From Nageia nagi (Eukaryota; Plantae; Pinophyta), in assembly GCA_050084985.1 (NCBI GenBank), contig JBITNC010000002.1, positions 35,960,001 through 36,024,000 of the forward strand: a stretch of DNA of 64,000 nucleotides, in the 5' to 3' direction. How positions within the stretch are numbered: the first letter of the stretch is position 1; every line of letters begins with the position of its first letter. Positions 49,917 through 61,858 of the stretch are shown in pieces. The notes under the pieces were generated by a model. The model was given only the letters and a program-made list of their open reading frames with translations, ran no database searches and was not told the DNA's origin. The position numbers and the translations under genes are program-made.

Positions 49917-52589
49917 CAATTAAATACTTGAATGATTAATAGGATAGGTTATTAGTTTTTTAATGTCTTTTTAAACCCATTGGTTTGTAGGACCTATAAA
50001 AGTTTATCTAAAAGTAAATACATGTCAATTAAGTATTTGAAAGATTGTTTCTCATGACCGTGGTGACCTAGCTTGCCCGCCCATCCAACCAGATTGTGTT
50101 GTGCTTCGAGGTGATGTGTAGTCCTCATGTGCATGTGACCCTCTTGCCATGCCTAGAGAGGATCACCCTCTTATATTCTCACCCACTTAGAGCAATGTGT
50201 TGTTGACTTGATAACTTAGGGAATCCTCTCAGAAGTGGATGCTCTATGGGGCTCAATGTACAAATATTTGAAGAAAAATAATAATACTCTCAAGGACATG
50301 ACCATAATCACTCACACGCACTCAATAAAAATTTATCCAAAAGTAAATATATGTCAATTAAGTATTTGAATGATTGTTTTTTATATATAAAAAAAATATT
50401 GAACAATGCATAAATGCACAAATATTCGAAGGAAAATAATAATACTCTCAAGGACAACCATAATCACTCACACCCACTCAATAAAAATAAATCATTAAAA
50501 TAAAATTATAAATCCATATCAAACATAATATGATGATGTTTGTTAAAACCTCAAACAATAACTTATCACCTCATGCTAGGGGATTTGAGAGATAATTGAT
50601 GTGTGATGAGACCCACATTAAATGTCTCAAGTTCTACTCTTCTACATTGTTGATATTAACAAACTCTTTATAGGTCTTACAAACTAATAGGTTTAAAGGA
50701 TGTTAAATGTTGACTTTACTTTTATTAGTGTTTCACAAAATATTAGAAAAAATTAAATTTAATAAACATATTAAAATAAATAAATAAATTGCCAAATGAG
50801 GAGCATTTGTTGTCAACTTGATAACGAACCTTGTAGTGAGAATTTGTTGTTGGTATAACAACAAAAAATCTTGAAAAGAGAATTCACTGTCACTTAGGCA
50901 ACAATGAATCATAGAATAGGAATCCACAATTGGCTAAGAAACAACAAATCCCATAGCGGGATTGTGTTGCCTCAAACTCCTAAATTTATTCCTCTTCCCC
51001 TTTGTAAAGCTCCTTCAAATGTAATTGTGGAAGTGAGCCTATGGATATCCTAGAGAGTAAGCCTATGAAATAGGCTTGTTGACATCTCACAACACAAAAC
51101 GTATGAATCATATGTTTTTGGAGTAAATTTTATTATTTTGTGGTGGTTATGAGTGGTAGAATGTAATTTTATGTCTATCAAGATTGCATAAACAGAGCAT
51201 AAAATAAAAGAGTCAATGAATGTGAATTTCAAATTGATGACCTCTAAAAAAGAAAACAAACAAAATCTTAACCAAGATCAAATTCAACACAACAAATTTG
51301 CTCGCATTTAGTTTGGTCCATTCACCATCAAACATGAATTTGGCTTTGGTTAGCTTCAAGTTGAACTAGGGTAGCTAAACCCTAGAGCTAAAGTCCTAAG
51401 ATCATTCAATAACCTCTACAACTATCAATAAAATTCTTAAAGAAAAAGATTGCCATCGATCCTATCATCATCTTATAAACCATTACCAATCTTATGTCTA
51501 GGGTTTTTCAACCCCTAAAAAGTTTCAATGGCTTTTGGCTTCAATTTCCAAGTTTGTTCTAACATTGTTTAGATGTTTCATGTATTGAATGTATATTTGA
51601 AGTTGTTTCTTTGTTTCATTTTAGTTTTGGTCGATTAACATACAATATGAGGGGATATTCTTGATTATCATTAAGGTTTGGTCCAAACCCCTTGAAATAT
51701 TTAAGATAAGAGTCAAAACTCCTTTAACACCTTAGTTGGAATCATTTGGAAGAGGTTAAGAAGCTTCATTAAAGGTTTAAATTCATCCAAATTTGGTGCA
51801 CAATTATTATTTTCCATATTTCTTGTGATTTTATTCTAGATCTAGAACAAATATGCCTATTTGCTTCAATTTATCTTGTGTCCCTAGTTTTGAAAAAATG
51901 TATTGTATTTTTAAATCTTTCTACATTGCTATATCTATTTTTCATTGCTAGACAAAATAGTCTTTGTTAATTATAATATTGTAAATCCAATTTATTTTGT
52001 GTACACTTAAAAGAGTTAAATGGGAAGGGGTTTTGCTGGATATTCATGCACAATTCCTTGAAATTCTCTTAGCCTTGAAATATATCTCAATCAAATTATA
52101 TTTCTTATAATTTATATCAATCATAAGGTTATAATCTTTGATAACATCATCTCTCTATATAGGAAATGGTTTAACATTGGCTCTACTAGCTTGTATTTTT
52201 AATTTTTGCAATTTGTTTATGATTATCCATAGTTGATATTCTATATATTTTGGATTTAGCTCAAGTTTTTGTACTCTTCTAATAAGAATGAGTGATTTGA
52301 TTATCTTCTTTAGCATTAAATAATGGCATTTAAACTTTCAAAGTTTCAAAGCTTATGATTTGTAAAATATGCAAGAAAATGAAATTAGACTTCGATCGAA
52401 AAGATTGTAAAAATGTATGAATCCACTCAAAAGAAGTTATAAGAACATCAAGTTCAACAATATGTATAAAGAAAATTACTTTTTAAGGATTATAAAGCTA
52501 AATAGAATCGAATTATTTAGATAAAATTTGGTACTATTACTAATATAGTAAATAACAAAAATATTTAGGTAAATTTGTTTTTGAATTAG

Positions 52590-55500
52590 TGTTAACACAT
52601 AAAAAGAAATTTTAATTTAATTAAAATATCCTTTTAGGTATTCTAGATAATTTATTTAATTTATTAAATAAATACCCTTATCAATGTGCACTCTTATCTA
52701 CTTTTATGTTTTATGATAACAAGTCAACATGACATCACAATAGCATAAGGAGGAGTCTTAGCACTAAACCTATTACCGATAAATCTGGAGGAGTTGTGCA
52801 TGATCAAATATATGACATGATATAATCTTGAATTCTTGATAGGTGGTAATATACTTTTGTCATTCTTGATTGGTGTTTCTTAACACCACATATCATTTAT
52901 GAATTTTTTTATACTATGAGCTTTGCATTCCTATGATCCTTTCATCCATTCACAAGCAATATTCTGAGCATCAAAGGTGAGATGACGATATCGAGTGAAA
53001 AGGTGAGGTATTCTAGAAAGGTAACCAGGTTGTGTTGTTGGGTTTCTAGCATCAACATTGGGTTGAGGATGGATTTGTGGCTTCATTCTTCAAAGAATCT
53101 TGTTGTTTGTCATCTTTCAATTGGATATCACCTTCATTCGTCGTGATAGGTAAGCTCCAGGTTTGTATCTTTCGCAAATCTAGTTTGATTGGTCAAGGTC
53201 AAGTAGGTCATTATCATCTTTCATGTCATCATTTACTATTATTTTGTAGTTAATTAGTTAAATCAAATTTGTTGTAAATAACCCTAATTATTATTATTTC
53301 AATTATAACAATTGGTGAACTCAACTTCTTTTCATTACATCACGTTATCCTTCACTAGTTACACCAAAACCTTAGGGTTTTGGATATGACTAATTTTTCA
53401 TTTCAAGAGTTTCAGAAATGGAACCAAGCTGAGTTTCTTACCATGATCAACAACTTTAATGAGGCAAACAAAGCCAATATGAAGAAAAAGTTTTATGGAA
53501 AAAATAAAGAAGTGAAGCCTCTAACATTGGGGGTAACAATCAATCCATTGGAGCTACTCCACCCATGTATAGGGATTCAAATCTGCTATGTGGTGCGATT
53601 CACAATATTAGGGAACCTAATTTACAAATGGAACATATTTTTGATACATATAATGGTGAGGGAGATCCTATGGCTCATATGAAAGCTTTTGAAATGAAGT
53701 TCGAATTGAAATTTGGGGTAAATGATAATTTGATGGCTAAATACTTCCCTACTACATTAAGAGGTGATGCACTCAATTGATACTTCTCTTTACTCATTAA
53801 ATGCATGAATTGCTATGCACAACTTGTCTCAAAAATTTATATCTATTTTAGTTTGTTAGTGCTATCCAAGGTCCAAATGAAAGATTTGATAAATTTGCAT
53901 AAAGATTTCAAAAGATATGAAGCATGATTCCTGAACCCTTATCCAAGTCTCATGTCACATCTATGTTTTTCTACAATATCCATTCCAAATTGAAATTCAT
54001 AGCTTTGGATTATATGACACTACCATTTAAAGAAATTGTGCATAGGCTTACCTAAGAAGAGAAGTGTTTAGTTGATATGGGTGACTTAAAATATGGAAAC
54101 CCTATTAAAGAAACAAAGGAAGGAAGATATAAAAAAAAAAGAATATAAAGAGGTCCATGCCATAGAAGAACCCTCATCCAAAGAGCAACAAAAGAGTCAA
54201 ACAAAGAAAAATTTCAGGAAGAACACTAGGCTACCTTTAACTCCCACCATTATGCTCAAGGAATGTCTACAAAAGGGACTAATCAAACATGATCCAAAAT
54301 AAGAACTAGGTCCCCATGATGATAAACCTAGTTGGTACAATGAGGCAAAATTTTACGAATATTACAAAGTTAAAGGTCACAAAATGAATGCTTGCATGAT
54401 CCTAAGGAAAAAATTACGAAAATTGTTAGATGATTGAAAAATATAGTATGTGGCTTGTGCAATTGACTTAAAGGAAGTCAAACCTCTTACAATGAATGTC
54501 ATATTCAACTAGAAACTTCTTACAATGAATGTCATATTCAACTAGAAACTATGTGACATCTTTAGGAAATGAAGGCTTAGAGGGAGTGTCAATCTGACCA
54601 TTGCAGAAAGAATGAAGGTCCTTCAGAATTCTGATACACAATAACTCCTTAAGCAACTAAATGTAACTCATGTCAAGATAAGTATTTTCAAAATTTTGCA
54701 ATTATTAGTTCATCATAGAAATACTTTATTTGATGCACTTAAGAAAATTGAAGTTGATGTGGATATTCTTGATACTAAATTTGTGGAATTGGTAGCTAAT
54801 CTTAATACTGATTTAGTTTGTAACATGGTTTGCTTTCAAGAGAGTGAATTGACTAGTGAAGATATTATTGAAAATAATTTAGGACTATATCTATGTTAAT
54901 ATTGAGGGTATCCCTATTAAAAAAGCATTGATTAACATTGGTTCTAATGTAAATGTATGTTCAGTTGAAATGTTGCAAAAATATTTCTCTTTGATTTATG
55001 CAAAAATGAAAAAAACCACCATTAGCATAAAAGGGTTTGATAATACTAAAAAAGAATGTATGGAATATGTATCTATGCCTATTGAAGTAGGAGGTAAAAC
55101 TATTCATCGAAAAGTCTATATTTTTCAAGTGAAATTGCCATATAACTTGTTTCTTGGTAGACCATGACCATCGATCCATAAGATTAGGGTTGCTACTTCC
55201 ACATTGCATCAATCAATTAAATTCATGCACAAATGAAAACAAGTTACTATACATACAAAATATAACCCTACATATGTATTTCAAGCAACTAACAGGTTTT
55301 AGATGCCTTACGATTTGGTTGAAAGTGAGGAGGACACACCAACACTTATCAACAATGTTAGTTCGCAAGAGGTAAGTCTTGGAGCATACAAAATCCTGAA
55401 GATTGACATCTGGAAGAATTTCAGAGAACTTGAACAACCCCTTTTTGTCCTAGGAACCCAACATCGTCGCTCCATTCTTGAGAAGAATGAAGATCCCTTC

Positions 55501-56035
55501 GAAGATGTGAATGTGCGCAATCAAGAATATGAACAAAAAAGTACATCAAAAAATGAAGATACTACTTCTGTCTCACAAATGTTGTTAGGTCAAGTAAGTA
55601 TGCATTTTAATAGTATCATTTCTATTTTTACTAACCAATACATGCATAAATCTCAATATGGTGGAAAAGGATTAGGTAAGAACGAGAAAGGTCTCAAAGA
55701 GTATTCCAAATGAAGGTCAATACAAGAGAACAATCATTGTTGGATTTGATGAATCTACACCTAGCTCATCCTCATTAGCTCCAGTCATTCATCATGTTGA
55801 TAGTAGTGATCATAGTTGCACCAGAGATATCTTTGATGAATGGCTGCATTGTATAATGATGCATGGTCCTATGAAGGAGTTACAAACTTACTATGCAGAC
55901 CCATTCTTACCTCCTACTACTTCAGTATGAGTGGATATCTTCCAGAATGATGATGCTATTCTTGAGAAGTTGGAGGCACAAAGTGAGTTTCCCAAATCCA
56001 GTGAAAAGAGACTCGCAACTTGGTTCATGTGACAG
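52590..56035 (+). mobile_element. Decayed, 3'-truncated Ty3/Gypsy element (LTR, PBS, gag, aspartic protease)
   Basis: Putative LTR 52590-53310 and PBS-like TGGTGAACTCAAC at 53313. gag FDTYNGEGDPMAHMKAF..LMAKYFPTTLRGDALN. Protease ALINIGSNVNVC (D to N)..LPYNLFLGRP. G-patch-like YGGKGLGKNEKG. Confidence 0.85.
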
Positions 56036-57550
56036 GGTTCATTTTAAGAAAAAAATTATAATTTGAAATTATATAAACAAAGGCTATTATGATTCACTTC
56101 CAATTAGTAGGTTGGCTATTCCTGTAGAAGTGATTATAGTAAAATTGGATATTCCAAAAGTTAAGAAAAAAATATGGAAAAAAAGGCAATTCTTAAAAAC
56201 AAAAATTTCTTATAAATAGCATTGATAACAATTCATATCATTGTAAGCATTAAGATTAATAATAGTAATAATATAACATTGTTAACAATTATTTGTTATA
56301 ATATTAATAGATATTTTATGTACTATTGTTCAAATTACATCTTCCAACTCCATCTTTGGAACCCCCTATGAAATCTAAATTGATTTCTAAAAAGAGGATT
56401 TTGAAGGCAAAAATAACAAAGGGAAATCCCTCCAAAACACCTCTTTAAAAAAAATTAGAATATGCAAAGCCATCCAAACCATCTCTCTTTAAATAGAATC
56501 CAAAGTCCCCAAAAACTATTAAGTATACACCTTAGGGTTCTAGCAAATACTTTAAAAAATTCTTCCTATAATACTTGAAATGAAATAAATTAAAATATTA
56601 AAAATGATAGATTTGCATACAAACATTGATTTAAAGGAAATTCATTAGAATGAAAAATAAAATAAAAAATAACATACGTATGAAAATGTTTTCCAATGAA
56701 CACCAAAATTTCAAAATTAAACCCTAACAAATGAACATCATGAAAGCAAGCACTAAAATTTCAAAATAAAACCCTAACAAATGCACTTCATGGAACTGAA
56801 CAACAAAATCGAAAAGGAAAAATAAAACATAGAAAAATGTAATAGTTAATGCTTGGAAAGAGAGTGAATACATATTGACATTAAATAGGAGTGAAAGATA
56901 TTTTTGAAAAATAATCAAAATGGCCAAAGTTTAGCACTTTTTTTATTTGAACTACTCATTGCATCACCTACCATTCTAGTAGAAAATTATTAGTCTCCTA
57001 AAGCTTTATGTCTATCTTCCTTGTTCTTGACTATTGAAAATATTTTGTGACTTTAGCATAATATCGTCAAAACCATTGCCTATTTGTAGTGTTCTTCCTC
57101 AATTGCATGTTGGTAGTTCTCTTCCTCCATCACTCATTGGTAGTTCTCCTCCAAAATGTCATCAAAACCATAATTAGAAAAAAAAAGGCCTTTAACAACA
57201 AGCAAAAACCCCCCACCAAACAACTTTAGTGATGATTTCATGATCACCATCGTTGAGGTAGTCCCAAATCTACTATGGTAGGAAAATCTTGCCTCTGTCG
57301 AGTTCCAAAAACTATCACCATAACTATTATGGTCCGCCTAAAAAACCCTTTAGAGGGGGTTTGTTCCCACCACTCAAAGTACTTCCGAAGTAAGTTTATT
57401 CCTATTGCCAAAAGTACTTTTGGAGGGGATTTATTCTCATCACCAAAAATGCTTTTGGAGGGGTTTATTCATGTCATCAAATCCTTGCTATTTTAAAAAA
57501 TATATATAAAAAGCCTCTATAATAATTACATAGGGTATGCATACGTTTCA

Positions 57551-57855
57551 AATACTACAGAGTCATCATATTGAACTATTTTTCAAGAATCTTGTATAAT
57601 TGTAGAGTGAAGAGATGGAGGGAGGTTCAAGAAGCATGAAAGGAGAAATACTTCAAATATTTCTCCTTTCATGCTTCTTGCACCTACCTCTCCATCTCTT
57701 CACTTTGCAATTATACAAGATTCCTAAAAAGCAGTTCAATATGAGTAGTCAAATATTTCTCCTTTCATGCTTCTTGCACCTACCTCTCCATCTCTTCACT
57801 TTGCAATTATACAAGATTCCTAAAAAGCAGTTCAATATGATGAGTCTATAGTATT
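57551..57855. repeat. Foldback (hairpin) element with a tandemly duplicated right arm
   Basis: The left arm 57551-57650 is the ~90% reverse complement of 57754-57855, with a 7-nt loop before the first right arm. 57654-57744 is identical to 57750-57840. Confidence 0.92.
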
Positions 57856-58006
57856 AAGAATAAGGCTTTCACAAATACTACATCAATATACATAAGCAAT
57901 TTACATCCACTTGACAATATGATATCAATAATCAACAATATTTTCTATTTGTAAAAATATTTAATAACAACATTTTTTGAAAACATGAAATAAAACAAAG
58001 TTTATA

Positions 58007-59180
58007 TTAATTATAACCAATTAATCCAATTGTGACCAAGATGAATCTCTTGTTATCAAGAGAAAGGGACCGTCCCATTGGAAACAATAGGCCATCAAGA
58101 TTAAGGTGCAACACAAAGAAAATGAGCGGAAAGACCAACACTAGAAGAACATGAGTTATTATAACATCCCACAACAATGCATTGAATGGAACTCCCAAAT
58201 TCATGTCAAAATTTGATAATACATCATCCATTGTTTGATCTCCAAAAAGAAGAAAACCAAAAAAACTTGTGGTTATGTATAAGACTGAACACAATGCCAA
58301 TGATGTGCTAATAATGGTTTGCATTTCTGGAGGTTCCTCAAGTTTAGTGTTTATTGAATGAACTTCATCACAAACATATGATCATTATTCATTAAAAGCT
58401 TACATATAATAATTCTACTTAAAGTAGAGGTGAATTCCAAGATAGTATATTCACTTAAGAAATCATCCTTACCATTGTAATGAAAAACATAAGTAGTCAC
58501 AATAATTGAAACCACAGTGAAAAATCTCAAGAATGATGCAAAATCAACAAGATTTGGCAATAATCATGGCATGTGAATGTTGCCATCAAACAATTTGACA
58601 ATTGCAATCCCAACAGAAAACCACAGTGAAAAATCTCAAGAATGATGCAAAATCAACAAGATTTGGCAATAATCATGGCATGTGAATGTTGCCATCAAAC
58701 AATTTGACAATTGCAATCCCAACAGTGACCACAACAAACACAATAATCAATGTAATTGATAAAGCAGAAGTGAACTTCAAAGAATCTATCAAATATGGCA
58801 GAAATTTTCCATCAATATCAATTCATAGTCCCTAACAAAAACATCTGCACCAAGAATTAACTAATATTGGCATTCTTAATAGCATTATCCACCGTGAAAA
58901 TTATCTCAAGATGAATATGACATACTAGTCAATCTCACACGTTCCATTTCATCAAAATATAAAAAAATATGAATTCTATGGGCATTGTAGAGCTATGATG
59001 AGTCAATCTAATGGAAGTAACACTTACCCACTCTCCTACGAGACACCAATGGATCTAAAACAAGGAAAATAATAAGAATTGAGACAATCATACGTTCATT
59101 CCATCAATGGAATCCAAACCATTCTTCTAGTACGCCAACACGATGCACACCATTTGATGATGTCCCAAGAAGCACATCAC
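58007..59180 (-). pseudogene. AVT6: AVT6-like amino acid transporter gene fragment (3 exons, introns retained)
   Basis: Exons 59180-59028 (DVLLGTSSNGVHHVGVLEEWFG), 58785-58473 (DSLKFTSALS..TYVFHYN) and 58362-58007 (VHSI..TSLALCSVLYITTSFFGFLLFGDQTMDDVLSNFD..LVFPLIF). Has premature stops and a frameshifting 109-bp duplication, and lacks both termini. Confidence 0.88.
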
Positions 59181-60716
59181 TTGCAACAAGCAATTCTTTT
59201 GATAAGGATTTCCATCAACATATACAAAAGTGACATTCATCCAAGCAATCAACCACTCAAGGAAGTATCAAAAGAACCTCATATAGAATGCAAACTTGAG
59301 TTATCTCCATCAAGGAATCCAACTTATTTAGACAAGAAATAAATGACATTAGATTGAATTCCAACATCTATAGCTGTTAGTATTATTCATAATAATTTAG
59401 ATCTGAGGACTCCACAATAATTGTACTATAAAATATCATGATAAGGTGGGTCATTTTAGTTCACCTTATCTTGAACCTATTTTTGAGAGTTGTTTGCTCC
59501 AATCAAAACATCAACTATATTCCCAAAAGTAGACCATTTAATTTGTTGATTTCTCAACAAGAAACTCAAGAAACCCACAAACTAGACTTCTTGTTCTCTA
59601 GGTAAGGGATCATGTAATGATGGTATCATCAATTAAAACCTGGATTCTATTTGCATCCTTTATCAAAGACATACTTATACAAAGGATAGGAAGGTAATTT
59701 TTATCCTTGCCAGTCAATAGTAGTCTACTAGGGATGAAGACAACAGAGTTACACTTTGGGATGTGGTGAGTGTTTAAAAAAAACTAAAGCTTCCTAAGAT
59801 AGCCTGGATGAAAAACCAAATTTACATGAATTATATAATAAAATTGATCTTTGAAAGCCTTATAGACTAGACTTTTCACTTTTATCATTAAAGAATTCCA
59901 ATAATCAATTCTGGACAATAATTTTTAGTGGTTAAATATACAAAATATAGTCTAATTCCACCCAAAGTATTCTTGGTATGGTTATCCATGGACATTGCAA
60001 AATTTGCATCACTCTACAATTGTACAAAATTCATTAAAAACAATTCAATACAATGACTATAGTATTCAAAGTAAAAAATTAAATGTGATATGAAGATGCA
60101 AACTACATAAAAAGTAAAGCATTAAAATCCAATGGCAAAAGGTGAACTGAAAATCAATTTGATGAAGTTTATTATTAGCTCGTATATATTCAAGGTACTT
60201 GATAAACATATGCTTGTTTCAAAACAATGGAAATCAAGAATATCAAGAGTATAGTAAATATATCACCATCTATATTATAGGAAAAAGGTCAAATAAGTAG
60301 CAGATAAATTATATTAATTCCATGAGTCAATATAAAACAAAAGTACTATAATAAGATAACAAAAGTTTCAAAACAATATCTTGTATACGAGACTAGCGTT
60401 TCAGATTTATAAAATGGCAGAGTGACCTTGCTGGCCAACGACTATTTATATGCTTTCTAATACTGTGCCACAAAAGCAGTAGCAAATTAACTCACAACCA
60501 GTACTGCTTGATATGGCCAAAAGGTATACAGAAAAGCAAGATGGTCTCTTTAATTTGGCTGCTACTTATGCCTTCCCAACCAAAAACGTGGTAAATAAAC
60601 TAACTGTCGCACTGAAATCCACATCCAGCCTGGCCATTCACAACTTTATTTGGGCCAAACAGAAAGGTGGTAAATCATCTAATTACTGCGTTGGAATCCA
60701 TTTTTGGCCTAACCTT

Positions 60717-61511
60717 TTACAACTTTATTTGGACCAAGTAATCTCCAGAAATCCATGTAAAACTCAAAAGATGAACACAAGGATGACAACCTAGTTCAGT
60801 TAGCTCTTCAATGGTTTTATGCACCCATTTTTGATGATAGATTACATGGTACCATGCAGATGCTTTGGCTTCATATTTGGACTGTTCAATAGGTTTAATA
60901 TTTTGAGAATATTTTGCTCCCTCAAAAATTAGGCAAAACTTGTTCTGCAACCTCCTGTAGGCATGCCGCAACCCCTCCTTAATTTTCCCCTGACACCTAT
61001 TATTGTGTTTAGAAAGAGATGAAATCAGTCCAATGACTATTTCACCCTCTTTGCTAACATTGAACTGACCTAAAAAGGCATGAAGCTTTCTATCATATGA
61101 ACATTTGCATTGCCAAGATTCTTCAATATATTCTTCAAATCCATCTGCTTATAAATCATTATCATAAGGAAGTGTTTCATAAGCATTTACAAACTCAGCA
61201 CCAGATTTCCTTTTTCTAATCTCTTCTCCAAACATATCCTTTACCTTGCGGTGCAAAACCTTCTCTGATTTATAAGAAATTGAATCCTTTTTATGCATAA
61301 AATCTGGATACTGCTTTGGTCTCAGATGTTGTGGCATCATCGCTACATTTCCAGTTTTAGGAGAACCTACAGCCCTGGCTGCCAGCTCTGCACGTTTAAG
61401 GCAGTCTTCATCCAATGCCCCAGAAGAACTCAAATTTGCTTTAACATGTGCATTGCAAATAACACCCACGCTATCATTCACCATGTGTCAGACAAAGAAG
61501 TCAATTATATC
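60717..61511 (-). pseudogene. RDR6: Last exon of an RDR6-like RNA-dependent RNA polymerase with in-frame stops
   Basis: Acceptor TTTTTGCAG|DIIDFF at 61511. Motifs ICNAHV, AELAARAV..PKTG, RPKQYPDFM, CKCSYDRKL..LGQF, YEAKASAWYHV and LLSFTWISGDYL match RDR6. Stops at 61490-61488 and 61151-61149 in one uninterrupted frame. Confidence 0.88.
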
Positions 61512-61858
61512 CTGCAAAAATATCTAGTGTTAACAAAGTGATTCAATAATAGCATTTTCCTCTTTAACTGTCAATCTCTGGATGCTTTTGTATAGATACA
61601 AATGAAATAACACTCAATCAAGAAATACACTGAAGCAAGTAAAGATAGTTCTGCAATAAAATATGGCTAACAGGAATAATGTCATGAAACTATATGTCAT
61701 TATCAACTCAATGCACAAGGAAAAGAGAGAATGTTTAAAAAAACATGAGCTCTAAGATAAGAAATATTGGTCACTCAAAAGTACTATAGATGTAGATAAG
61801 TTATCCAAATAATCAAATTATAATATTAAAAAATGGCAGTATGACATGGCACAAATGT

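Noticed and set aside
57615-57851. 78-aa ORF with an internal repeat
   Set aside because: A by-product of the 96-bp duplication in the foldback element.
59200-59640. Possible additional gene exon upstream of the AVT6 fragment
   Set aside because: All three minus-strand frames have several stops and I recognise no family; needs BLASTX.
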